A stretch of 64,000 nt of DNA from Blastocatellia bacterium (GTDB taxonomy: Bacteria; Acidobacteriota; Blastocatellia; UBA7656), in assembly GCA_035607285.1 (NCBI GenBank), contig DATNBZ010000020.1, positions 4,505-68,504 of the forward strand, read 5' to 3'. Shown in pieces: positions 48,529-57,309 of this stretch. Below the pieces are notes generated by a model. The model worked only from the letters and a program-made list of their open reading frames with translations. It was not told the DNA's origin and made no database searches. How positions within the stretch are numbered: the stretch's first letter is position 1; every line of letters begins with the position of its first letter. Made by a program: the position numbers and the translations under genes.

Positions 48529-48831
48529 TCAGATTCCAGAATCCATTATGCCGGATTTTTCGCTATGTGCTAACGAGCTTGATAAAGAGTGGCGAGAACT
48601 GGAGGAAGAAACAAAGGCGGCCTAACTCTGGCGTTCGCTTAGTCGAAATGCAAATCCCTCCAGTTCCGTTCGGCCATCTGCAAAGCTTTCTACTAACAAT
48701 CAAGAAGCTCAAGAAGCGAGCTGCGCTCAACTTCAAACGCGTGAGCCGAGACCCGCGACTAGATTGACCCAGTACACTCATCTGGTACACTGGAGCCTAT
48801 CAGGATTGAACAACTCCAAGGAGATATTACC

Positions 48832-49152
48832 TTGAGCAGCAGAGTCGCCCCTGCAGTACGAACGATCACGCTGACGAAGGCTCGGAACAATCTTGGCGAT
48901 TTAGTGACGCGTGTTCATCACAACAAAGAGTACTTGATCTTTGAGAAAGACGGCGTCCCGATTGCCGGCGTTATGGACATTGACGAGTTTGAAGACTACT
49001 TGGAACTTAACGACCCGAAGGTCCGTCGCGAGATTATGAAGAGCAACGAAGATATTCGTGCTGGCCGAACGCGCAACGCCAGAGACTTGCTGGCAGAACT
49101 GCGCGATAAGAACAAAAGCAAAGTTCGGAAGACGCGGTCCAAGAAGGTATGA
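48832..49152 (+). CDS. Phd/YefM-family type II antitoxin
   Basis: 'TITLTKARNNLGDLVTRVHHNKEYLIFEKDGVPIAGVMDIDEFEDYLE' Phd/YefM fold signature. Confidence 0.8.
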   Translation: MSSRVAPAVRTITLTKARNNLGDLVTRVHHNKEYLIFEKDGVPIAGVMDIDEFEDYLELNDPKVRREIMKSNEDIRAGRTRNARDLLAELRDKNKSKVRKTRSKKV

Positions 49153-49286
49153 CGACCCGTTTCACTGTTCGTTCTGGTTCAGCTTTCGACCGTGCCCTGC
49201 GCAAGCTAGTCAAGCGTCATCCCCGTCTAGTTGATTCATACGATGATGTCATCGACATCCTGGAACACTTATCGATGAAGCGATGA
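49149..49286 (+). pseudogene. Truncated RelE/ParE-type toxin gene (45 codons)
   Basis: ATGA overlap with the antitoxin stop; 'MTTRFTVRSGSAFDRALRKLVKRHPRLVDSYDDVIDILEHLSMKR*' matches only the first about half of a RelE/ParE toxin. Confidence 0.5.
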
Positions 49287-49413
49287 AATGAACGTCCGCG
49301 CCGGCGACTAAAAGTTTTTTCACCTCACACCCATCTTTGCCCTACCATTCGTTCGTACGGTATAAAGTATGAAGCGTGTTAAGCCCCAATCCAATTGAAG
49401 GTGTTGAAGCATC

Positions 49414-50058
49414 GTGCATCATAAGAAGTTTCTGTTCGCAGTCGTTGTCGGAACCGCAGCTCTGGCCGTCGCCATCTCGACAATCGTAATCGGAAGCTCG
49501 CGCAATGAAACGCCCGCCGCCGTTGCTGAAGGGCCGCTTGAAGACTCGAGCGGTGAGGTTGCGGCTACGCTGCCCGTGTTTCATCGAGTCGACGAAAATT
49601 ACGTGCGAGGCTCGCAGCCGATGCGAGGGGGCATCAGCACGCTGAAGAGACTCGGCGTCAGGACGATGGTCGACCTGCGTTCGATCTATGACTACACCGA
49701 CGAGGTTAAGACCGTAGCGGAAATCGCCGGCCTCAAGTATGAATGGATTCCAATGAGCGTCTGGAACCCTCCGACCGATGAGGAAGCGAAGAAGTTCGTT
49801 TCCATTGTGAGCGATGCCGCCAACGGTCCGTTCTTTGTCTTTTGCGCGGACGGGCTAAACCGAACCGGCGAGATGACTGCGATCTATCGAGTCGCACGCG
49901 ACAACTGGAGTGTCGAGAAGGCGCTGGACGAAGCCGACCAGCTCGGCTTCAGCCCTTACTATTGGGGGCTGAGAGATTATGTGTGGGACTACGCGCGAAA
50001 GTTCCGGCCATCGGCGGTCCCACCCACCGGCCGCCGCGTGAGTCCGACCGAACAGTGA
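49414..50058 (+). CDS. Tyrosine/dual-specificity protein phosphatase family protein, exported
   Basis: CX5R active site 'FCADGLNRTG'; signal/TM segment at N-terminus; GTG start. Confidence 0.75.
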   Translation: MHHKKFLFAVVVGTAALAVAISTIVIGSSRNETPAAVAEGPLEDSSGEVAATLPVFHRVDENYVRGSQPMRGGISTLKRLGVRTMVDLRSIYDYTDEVKTVAEIAGLKYEWIPMSVWNPPTDEEAKKFVSIVSDAANGPFFVFCADGLNRTGEMTAIYRVARDNWSVEKALDEADQLGFSPYYWGLRDYVWDYARKFRPSAVPPTGRRVSPTEQ

Positions 50059-50111
50059 TCGGTTGCTGGTCTCTTCATCAAAAGTGCCGCTTAAGTGTGC
50101 TGACCCCTTCG

Positions 50112-50195
50112 CAGTCCTCAGCGTCCTCGGCGTCCTCTGCGGTTTATCTTGGATTGGTGCGGAGAATCAACCGCAGAGGACGCGGAGGACACGCA
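50112..50195. repeat. Palindromic intergenic element, family 3
   Basis: 'cagtcctcagcgtcctcggcgtcctctgcggtt' ... 'aaccgcagaggacgcggaggacacgcag'. Confidence 0.65.
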
Positions 50196-50322
50196 GTAAT
50201 TCTGAGCCAGCAACAGGGTGTGACGCCTGACCGATCCGCGACAACGCTTGATCATTCAGCATCCCCTCCATCATACTTCGCCGCGAATGCACTGATTCTC
50301 AACGCCGAAAGCTTAAGCACCG

Positions 50323-51702
50323 ATGGCGAAATCCAAAATCTCTAAACTCGTTTTTGTCTGCCAGCAGTGCGGCTCGCAGCAGCAACGTTGGATGGGCAAG
50401 TGCCCGGACTGCGGCGAATGGAATTCACTCGTCGAAGAGAAACCCGCAACTCTGCAACCGGGAGCTTCGCCCCGCGGTGGAATGTTCCGCATGAGAGAGA
50501 CCGCAACGCTCGCTTACCAGGACATCGAAAGCCAGGACGACGCCCGCCAACCGTCGGGCATCGAAGAGTTCGACCGCGTGCTTGGCGGAGGCATAGTCCC
50601 GGGTTCGCTTGTGTTGATCGGCGGCGACCCCGGCATCGGAAAATCAACGCTGCTGCTCGAGGTCTCGGACAAGCTTTCTACTAATTGCGGTAAAGTGCTT
50701 TACGTTTCAGGCGAAGAGAGCGAACGCCAAATCAAATTGCGCGGCGAGCGATTGGGCATCAATCCCGCCGCTTTGTACCTTTTGCCCGAAACCTGCCTCG
50801 AGCGGATTTTTCAGGAGATCGACCGTCTCGATCCGCAAGCCGTCGTCGTCGATTCAGTGCAAACCGTGTTTTCGATGAAGCTTGAATCCGCGCCCGGATC
50901 GGTCTCTCAGGTTCGCGAAGTAGCCGGCCAGTTCCTGATGCTTGCCAAGAATCGAGGCATTCCTGTTTTTCTTATCGGACATGTCACCAAGGACGGTTCG
51001 ATCGCCGGACCGAAGACGCTCGAGCACATCGTCGATACCGTCCTCTACTTCGAAGGTGAGCGGCATCACAATCATCGAATCATTCGCGCGGTGAAAAACC
51101 GTTTCGGCGCGGCGAATGAAGTGGGCGTATTCGAGATGACTGGCCGCGGGCTCGTTCCTGTGCTGAATCCGTCCGGGTTGTTTTTGAATGAGCGGCCCGT
51201 TGGAGTGTCGGGCTCAGTGGTAACCGCGTGCATTGAAGGCACGCGGCCGATGCTGGTTGAGCTGCAGGCGCTGGTCAGTTCCTCGAAATACGGCACGGCT
51301 CGAAGAATGACTCAGGGCGTCGACGGCAACCGCGTGTCTCTGTTGATGGCGATGCTCGAGAAGCGCGTCGGGATGCAAGTGCTCGCTGACGATGTGTTCG
51401 TGAATGTAGCCGGTGGCATGACGATCGACGAACCTGCTGCCGATCTTGGGATTGTCGCCGCGATTGCATCGAGCTTTCGCAACGTTCCGGTGGACGAACG
51501 AGCGGCGGTGTTTGGAGAAGTCGGATTAGCCGGAGAAGTGCGAGCGACAAGCCAGGCTTCGGTGCGGGTGCGTGAAGCCTATGCGATGGGCTTCAAACGT
51601 TGTGTTATTCCTCACGGGAATCTCACGGGTCTTGATTACGACGACGGGATTGAAGTGATCGGAGTTCGCAACGTTACTGATGCGCTCGATGCGTTGTTTT
51701 GA
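50323..51702 (+). CDS. radA: DNA repair protein RadA/Sms
   Basis: N-terminal Zn-ribbon 'CQQCGSQQQRWMGKCPDCGEW', RecA-like Walker A 'GGDPGIGKSTLLL', 'KNRFG' motif, Lon-like C-terminal domain. Confidence 0.95.
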   Translation: MAKSKISKLVFVCQQCGSQQQRWMGKCPDCGEWNSLVEEKPATLQPGASPRGGMFRMRETATLAYQDIESQDDARQPSGIEEFDRVLGGGIVPGSLVLIGGDPGIGKSTLLLEVSDKLSTNCGKVLYVSGEESERQIKLRGERLGINPAALYLLPETCLERIFQEIDRLDPQAVVVDSVQTVFSMKLESAPGSVSQVREVAGQFLMLAKNRGIPVFLIGHVTKDGSIAGPKTLEHIVDTVLYFEGERHHNHRIIRAVKNRFGAANEVGVFEMTGRGLVPVLNPSGLFLNERPVGVSGSVVTACIEGTRPMLVELQALVSSSKYGTARRMTQGVDGNRVSLLMAMLEKRVGMQVLADDVFVNVAGGMTIDEPAADLGIVAAIASSFRNVPVDERAAVFGEVGLAGEVRATSQASVRVREAYAMGFKRCVIPHGNLTGLDYDDGIEVIGVRNVTDALDALF

Positions 51703-51726
51703 CCCTAGCCACTAGAGACAATCACT

Positions 51727-52362
51727 ATGACAATAGACAACTCGCTGATGGAAGCCTTGGCTGCAGTAGAGCTCCGGCGCAAAGAGGGTAACGAGACCTT
51801 CCACGAGAACGATGTTCCTGTCGGTAAGGATCTCTTGAGTTACTGGCGATGGTCAGCCTCCGATCTCCTAAGCAATACCGAACGCGGCCGGCTCGCCGAA
51901 TACATCGTTGCGATGGCGCTCGACGTTGCAGACGGCGTTCGCTCGGGATGGGAGGCCTACGACATCGAAACATCATCGGGGATCCGTGTCGAAGTAAAGG
52001 CCAGCGCTTACGTACAGACGTGGGGTCAGAAGGCTTTGTCGAAGATCATCTTCGGCATACGTCCAACAAGAGCGTGGGATCCAACCACTAATGTCTTTGC
52101 AAAAGACTCCCAACGCCAGGCCAATGTCTATGTTTTTGCTGTCCTCGCCGAGCGCAACCAGACGAACGTCGATCCGCTCAACCTCGCCCAATGGCAGTTC
52201 TACGTTTTGCCCACTAGCGTCCTTAACGATCGGGCGCCCCTCCAGAAAACTATCAACCTTTCTTCGCTTCTAAGGATGGGAGCGCTGATTGCGGGTTATC
52301 AAGAACTCCGCGAAGCCGTTGAGCGTGCTTCGGGTGATCTCGCTACTGCGGAGTGCAAGTAG
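51727..52362 (+). CDS. Hypothetical protein with PD-(D/E)xK-like nuclease motif
   Basis: 'YDIETSSGIRVEVKAS' (D...EVK) resembles a restriction-endonuclease-fold core. Confidence 0.5.
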   Translation: MTIDNSLMEALAAVELRRKEGNETFHENDVPVGKDLLSYWRWSASDLLSNTERGRLAEYIVAMALDVADGVRSGWEAYDIETSSGIRVEVKASAYVQTWGQKALSKIIFGIRPTRAWDPTTNVFAKDSQRQANVYVFAVLAERNQTNVDPLNLAQWQFYVLPTSVLNDRAPLQKTINLSSLLRMGALIAGYQELREAVERASGDLATAECK

Positions 52363-52417
52363 TCGCAAGGTTTGCTACCATCAGTCCGCAAACTACAGCC
52401 AAACGAGGAGGCTCGCA

Positions 52418-52642
52418 GTGACTAATCCTAAGCAGCGCATTACGATCAACCCTGAACAATGCGGTGGCCGTCCGTGTATTCGCGGTATGCGGATTCGAGT
52501 CATTGATGTCCTTGATCTTTTTGCCGCTGGACTCAGTGCTCAAGAAATTCTTGGGGAGATGCCTGACCTTGAGATGGAAGACCTGACGGCGGCCTTGCGG
52601 TACGCGGCCCAGAGACTTGACCATCCGGTTATTGCCGCATGA
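52418..52642 (+). CDS. DUF433-domain protein
   Basis: 'ITINPEQCGGRPCIRGMRIRVIDVLDLFAAG'; GTG start after the GAGGAGG RBS (the ORF-track 5' extension from 52289 was rejected). Confidence 0.7.
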   Translation: MTNPKQRITINPEQCGGRPCIRGMRIRVIDVLDLFAAGLSAQEILGEMPDLEMEDLTAALRYAAQRLDHPVIAA

Positions 52643-52977
52643 TTATCTGGATTGACGCTCAGCTCTCACCCGCCCTCGCTAACTGGATCGAAACAACACT
52701 CGGTATCCAAGCGCGTGCATTACGCGATGTTGGTCTGCGCAACGCGACGGATCGAGAGATCTTTCGCGCGGCCCGTGCAGCTAATGCGATAGTGATGACT
52801 AAGGATAGCGATTTCGTAACCCTGCACAACCAACTCGGCGCGCCGCCGCAGGTCATCTGGCTCACGTGCGGGAACACATCGAACCAGTATTTGCGCACCT
52901 TACTGACAACAGCGTTGCCCAAAGCTCTTGTGTTGTTGGAGGGTGGAGAGGATCTCGTTGAGATCAGCGCGCCCTAA
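52639..52977 (+). CDS. DUF5615-family PIN-like protein (partner of DUF433)
   Basis: 'MIIWIDAQLSPALANWI...' ; ATGA overlap with the DUF433 stop. Confidence 0.7.
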   Translation: MIIWIDAQLSPALANWIETTLGIQARALRDVGLRNATDREIFRAARAANAIVMTKDSDFVTLHNQLGAPPQVIWLTCGNTSNQYLRTLLTTALPKALVLLEGGEDLVEISAP

Positions 52978-53024
52978 CGAGTGTCCGAAAAGGTCCTGCG
53001 TTTAGTTTGTCCGCGCCGCCATCT

Positions 53025-55121
53025 CTACAGTCCAAACGCTCTTACCAGCAGTGCTGCCATCTGGCCGCGCGTGACATAGTCTCCTGGGCAAAAATTCCCT
53101 CCGCCACATCCTCCGGTAATCCCCAGGGCTCCAAGCCTGTCGATGAAGGCGTAGTACGGATTGGACCGCGGCACGTCTAAGAACATCCGAGACGCGGGAA
53201 CGGGAGGGCTGTACTCTCCCAGCGCCCGGATGATAAGTGCAGCTACCTGTTCGCGGGTGACAGGATCACCGGGGCAGTAGAGCGGTTGACCCTGGTTATT
53301 GGCGCCGCAGCCGCTGGTGATGCCAAATGCAGCCAGCTTGTCGATGAAGCTATAGAAAGGATCAGGCTGCCCGTTTACGGTTGGCGGCACGTCATCAAAT
53401 CGTTGCATAGCTGTAGGCAGGGGGCTGAACTCTCCAAGCGCTTTAATCACAAGCGCTGCCATCTGCTGGCGAGTGACCGGTTCATCGGGGCAGTAACGCC
53501 CATTAGCGCAGCCTACAGTCACGCCTCGAGCGGCCAGTTTACCTATCTCCGTGTAAAAAAAATGAGTCTTGGGAACATCAAGAAAGTCTACACTCTGGAC
53601 AACGGTGAACGTCTGACCTGCGACTGTGATAACGCCGCTACGATTAACTGCGCCGGGATTTGCGCGTACCAAAAAGGTGACCGTCCCGTTACCGGCGCCA
53701 CTTCCCGACAGAATGGTAATCCAAGCTACGTCGGCTGAGGCGGTCCAGCTACAGTTCCTCGCTTGTGTCACATTGAAGCTGCCCATTCCTTCGTTGGCAC
53801 TGAAGGATTGACTCAATGGAGCCATCGAGAGGACGCACTCCGACGGCGGCGTGTAGTTGTAGTATATGGATCCCCTGGCTGCGGGTGTCCCGCCTTCGCA
53901 ATGTTGGATGAAATCCGCCGCGAAGCTCACCACTTGCACTTCGGAGGATGAATAATCAAAGGCGGCATCAAGGACGGTAAACTCACCAATCAGCGTGTTG
54001 CATCCTCGGCCATTTCCCGAAAGGTCCAGGCCCGGGTGTCCGGCAGCTTCGAAGGGATAGCGTTGAGCGTTGGTGTAATAGCCGGGCACCAAAGCTACAT
54101 TCAGATTTCTGGTTGTGATGTGGAGACTCCACCAATTAGCAAAGGCAGCGTCGTTGTAGGCCAGGCGAAAGTAATTACCCGCACCGTTGGTGCTTCCCCA
54201 AGTGCGGAAAAATCCATCTCTTGGCGTGAACACATACTCATGAGACCCCACGATAAAGTCGCCCGGTTCCCCTTGCAAGGATAGCCTGGTGATTGAAGGA
54301 ATCGGTGACACAACCTTCAACGTGGCTGCGCTTGAAACTCCATGGTAACTGGCAAGTATGACGACCGACGAAGGCGATTTTATCCTGGTGGTGCTTATCG
54401 GGAAGTCTGCAGACTTCGATCCCTGTGGCACCGGGACGCTGGAAGGCACAGTCGCCAGCGCGACATTGCCGCTGGCGAGGTGTACGAGCGCGCCGCCCGG
54501 CGGCGCGGGATCGGTAAGAACCACGATGCCCTTGACGGTCTCGCCCCCATTTACGGTCGGCGGATTAGCTCTCAGAGAACTGGTGGGAGTGTAATTGTAG
54601 TAGATAACACCCGCCAGTGAGATTGGACCACCTTCACAATGTTGCTCGAACTGCGCTGCGAAGCTGATGAGTTGTGGAGTTCCTGATGAATAATCAAAAG
54701 TTGCTTGCAGGACGGTGAAGCTGCCTGTCACCGTGTTGCACCCTCGCCCATCTCCAGTAACCTCGAGACCTGGATGACCAGCCGTTGCAAACGGCGCGCG
54801 CATCGCCTTATCGTAAAAGCCAGGCTTTAACTCCAGATGTAGCTGGGTTGTGGTAAATGTCAAATTCCACCGCTGACCGGGACCAGTGAAGCCAATCGTA
54901 ACGTAATCGACCAAACCATCGTGATCGTGATCGAGTCCTCCCGCTGAGAAACTGCCATTCGCCGGCGTGAATGAATATGTTTGCCCACCGCCTATGTAAT
55001 CCCCCGGATTGCTCACCATGTAAAGTTGCGTAGCGCCGGCGGCCGGTGTGCTCTGCGCGAAAGCTGATGGCGCGAAAGCAGCAAGAAAGAGAAGTATCAG
55101 TATCGTGTGAATGCGGTTCAT
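53025..55121 (-). CDS. Secreted surface protein: two duplicated about 240-aa beta modules, BACON/Ig-like domain, three C-terminal SLH domains
   Basis: Signal peptide 'MNRIHTILILLFLAAFAPSAFA'; internal duplication ('...HCEGG...IYYNYTP' twice); 'NCSWTASADVAWITILSGSGAGNGTVTFLVRANPG' BACON-like; three 'F.DVP...Y..I..L...GIT.GC.....CP...VTR.Q.AAL' SLH repeats; real start at M62 of the ORF-track ORF. Confidence 0.75.
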   Translation of the reverse strand: MNRIHTILILLFLAAFAPSAFAQSTPAAGATQLYMVSNPGDYIGGGQTYSFTPANGSFSAGGLDHDHDGLVDYVTIGFTGPGQRWNLTFTTTQLHLELKPGFYDKAMRAPFATAGHPGLEVTGDGRGCNTVTGSFTVLQATFDYSSGTPQLISFAAQFEQHCEGGPISLAGVIYYNYTPTSSLRANPPTVNGGETVKGIVVLTDPAPPGGALVHLASGNVALATVPSSVPVPQGSKSADFPISTTRIKSPSSVVILASYHGVSSAATLKVVSPIPSITRLSLQGEPGDFIVGSHEYVFTPRDGFFRTWGSTNGAGNYFRLAYNDAAFANWWSLHITTRNLNVALVPGYYTNAQRYPFEAAGHPGLDLSGNGRGCNTLIGEFTVLDAAFDYSSSEVQVVSFAADFIQHCEGGTPAARGSIYYNYTPPSECVLSMAPLSQSFSANEGMGSFNVTQARNCSWTASADVAWITILSGSGAGNGTVTFLVRANPGAVNRSGVITVAGQTFTVVQSVDFLDVPKTHFFYTEIGKLAARGVTVGCANGRYCPDEPVTRQQMAALVIKALGEFSPLPTAMQRFDDVPPTVNGQPDPFYSFIDKLAAFGITSGCGANNQGQPLYCPGDPVTREQVAALIIRALGEYSPPVPASRMFLDVPRSNPYYAFIDRLGALGITGGCGGGNFCPGDYVTRGQMAALLVRAFGL

Positions 55122-55211
55122 GTGCGGACCTCTTTGAGGGGATCGACCGGAGGGCGCTGTCATTCTGGCACGTTTGCCTGGCACCGGCAAGAATAAACAA
55201 GGCGGACGGGA

Positions 55212-55316
55212 GTAACGACCTGTATGGGCGGCCCTCCGTGGCCGCCCCTCTTTACGTACGGCGCTCGTTGGACCGAAGAGGGGCGGCCAGGGAGGGCCGC
55301 CCATACAGGTCGTTAC
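55212..55316. repeat. Palindromic intergenic element, family 1
   Basis: 'gtaacgacctgtatgggcggccctccgtggccgcccctctt' ... 'aagaggggcggccagggagggccgcccatacaggtcgttac' (41-bp arms). Confidence 0.75.
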
Positions 55317-55427
55317 TACGAGACCGCCCAGAGTCGTGTCCGATTAATAGATGAGAGCCGTTGAAGAAAACCACCCAATCAATGTGAACCTGCTCGCTGC
55401 GACCTCTCAACGAACTTCATCGAAATG

Positions 55428-55877
55428 TCAGCGCCAATAATCAGGCCGCTCCTCAGTGTTCGGGTCGTGTCTTTCCATCCATCGCTCCGGTTTTTTCAAC
55501 TCATCGAATCCAAATCGGCGATACATCTCGTGAGCGTCTTTCGTCGCGAGCACCCATCTTCGAAATCCCTGCAGTTCCGGATGGGCGATGATCACTTCCA
55601 TCAGCCACTTTCCCAATCCCTGCCCCTGAAACGCCTCGAGGATGAATACATCCGCGATCCACGCGAAGGTCGCGTAGTCGGTTATCACTCGCGCAAAGCC
55701 AACTTGGTGATCGCCCGCGTAGACGCCGAACGGAAGCGAGTGTTCGATTGATCTGCGGATTGTCTCGGGAGAGCGCCCCGCCGCCCAATAGGACGTGTCC
55801 AGAAAGCGGTGAATGACTTCGATATCGAGCCGCGACCTGTCTGTGCTTATTGTGAACTCGCCTCGCTGATAATCCAT
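55428..55877 (-). CDS. GNAT-family N-acetyltransferase
   Basis: 'QGQGLGKWLMEVIIAHPE' acetyl-CoA binding motif; start at M56 of the ORF-track ORF (its N-terminal extension is repeat-derived). Confidence 0.75.
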   Translation of the reverse strand: MDYQRGEFTISTDRSRLDIEVIHRFLDTSYWAAGRSPETIRRSIEHSLPFGVYAGDHQVGFARVITDYATFAWIADVFILEAFQGQGLGKWLMEVIIAHPELQGFRRWVLATKDAHEMYRRFGFDELKKPERWMERHDPNTEERPDYWR

Positions 55878-55924
55878 TCCAAATTCCCCGCGATTCTGGG
55901 TAGTGGGGTGATAGTGTCTTGCTC

Positions 55925-56058
55925 GCTCACATTCGCGTTTCTCCTCTGCGTCCTCTGCGTCCTCTGCGGTTGATTCCGAGCAACTGAGCAGGAAAAACCG
56001 CGGAGGACGCCGGGGACGCAGAGGACTGCTTGCTGGCAACACGCTAATATCTCACTAC
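55925..56058. repeat. Palindromic element, family 3, long copy (near-identical to 38379-38515)
   Basis: Direct comparison of both copies. Confidence 0.7.
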
Positions 56059-56072
56059 CCGGTTTTGCGTGC

Positions 56073-57146
56073 TCAACGCGCGGCGGTGCTGCCGTGCGCT
56101 GCTTCGCGCAGGCGCCTTTCGGCTAAACTGTCGGCGGCTTTGTAAGTAGGAATGCCGTCAGCCTTCGCCAACTGGTAAACGGAAAGCACGGTGTCGTAGA
56201 TCGCAAGAACTTCGCTGCGCACCTTTTCGCTTGTCCATCCGAACAGCTCCGCTCCTCCGCTCAGAACGCCGCCTGAATTCGCGACGTAATCAGGCGCGTA
56301 GAGAATGCCACGATCTTCAAGCGCATCGCCGTCTTTGGGTTCCAGAAGCTGATTGTTGGCCGCCCCGCAGACGATCGCGGCGTTGAGCACAGGAATTGTC
56401 CTATCGTTGATGATGCCGCCGAGCGCGCACGGCGAGAAGATGTCGGCGTCTTCGGAAAAAATCTGTTCGCCGCAGGATTCCTCCGCGCCCAGCTCTTCAA
56501 CCGCGCGTCTGACTTTCTTCTCGTCGACGTCTGACACAATCAGCCGAGCGCCGGCCTCGCGCAGCAGCTTAGCGAGGTTGAGCCCGACATTGCCGCATCC
56601 CTGGATCGCGACTCGCTTTCCTCGAAGGTCATCGCTGCCCCATCGATATTGCGCGGACGCTTGCATCGAGCGAAACACGCCGAGCGCGGTCCACGGCGAA
56701 GGGTCTCCACCCTTGCCGATGAGCCCGCCTACGTGGCTGGTCTCCAAAGCAATCAGCTCCATGTCAGCCGGGCTGGTGCCCACATCTTCGGCGGTTACAT
56801 ATCGCCCGCCCAGCTTTTCTATGAAGCGGCCGTGCGCGCGAAAGAGCTTCTCTCGATCTTTAAAGCGGCCGTCGTCGAGGATGATCGATTTACCGCCGCC
56901 CCAGGGCAGACCCGCCACTGCGCATTTGTAAGTCATCCCACGTGAGAGTCGCAACGCATCTACAAGCGCTTCCTCCTCGCTGGCATATTGCCAAAAACGC
57001 GTGCCGCCAACCGCCGGACCGAGCGCGGTGCTATGAATCGCTATGATGCCACGATAGCCGCTTGAAGCATCCTGACAGAAGACAACCTGTTCGTGTCCCA
57101 TCTCGGCCATCGCCTCGAATAGTTCTGTTCTCTTTTTGTCAGTCAT
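56073..57146 (-). CDS. Leu/Phe/Val (Glu/Leu/Phe/Val-family) amino-acid dehydrogenase
   Basis: 'GLPWGGGKSII' catalytic Lys motif, 'VAIQGCGNVG' NAD-binding; start at M6 after the GGAGGG RBS. Confidence 0.85.
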   Translation of the reverse strand: MTDKKRTELFEAMAEMGHEQVVFCQDASSGYRGIIAIHSTALGPAVGGTRFWQYASEEEALVDALRLSRGMTYKCAVAGLPWGGGKSIILDDGRFKDREKLFRAHGRFIEKLGGRYVTAEDVGTSPADMELIALETSHVGGLIGKGGDPSPWTALGVFRSMQASAQYRWGSDDLRGKRVAIQGCGNVGLNLAKLLREAGARLIVSDVDEKKVRRAVEELGAEESCGEQIFSEDADIFSPCALGGIINDRTIPVLNAAIVCGAANNQLLEPKDGDALEDRGILYAPDYVANSGGVLSGGAELFGWTSEKVRSEVLAIYDTVLSVYQLAKADGIPTYKAADSLAERRLREAAHGSTAAR

Positions 57147-57173
57147 AGCTAGTCCCTCCAATTGCGCGGCGGT

Positions 57174-57292
57174 GTCTTAATTTGGAGTGCGGCGGCAAGG
57201 TACTCCGCGACGCCGCTTTCCTTCCCAATCGATTCAATCACAAGCCAAAGCGGCGTCGCGGAGTACCTTGCCGCCGCACTCCAAATTAAGAC
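57174..57292. repeat. 47-bp near-perfect inverted repeat with 25-nt loop
   Basis: 'gtcttaatttggagtgcggcggcaaggtactccgcgacgccgctttc' ... 'caaagcggcgtcgcggagtaccttgccgccgcactccaaattaagac' (46/47 match). Confidence 0.7.
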
Positions 57293-57309
57293 ATCGCCAA
57301 CTGCACCTG

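Noticed and set aside
52289-52417. 5' extension of the DUF433 ORF
   Set aside because: Low-complexity, overlaps the previous gene end, and a strong GAGGAGG RBS precedes the internal GTG at 52418.
55122-55304. N-terminal extension of the SLH protein ORF (MGGPPWPPLFGP...)
   Set aside because: Repeat-derived; a signal peptide begins at M62 (55121).
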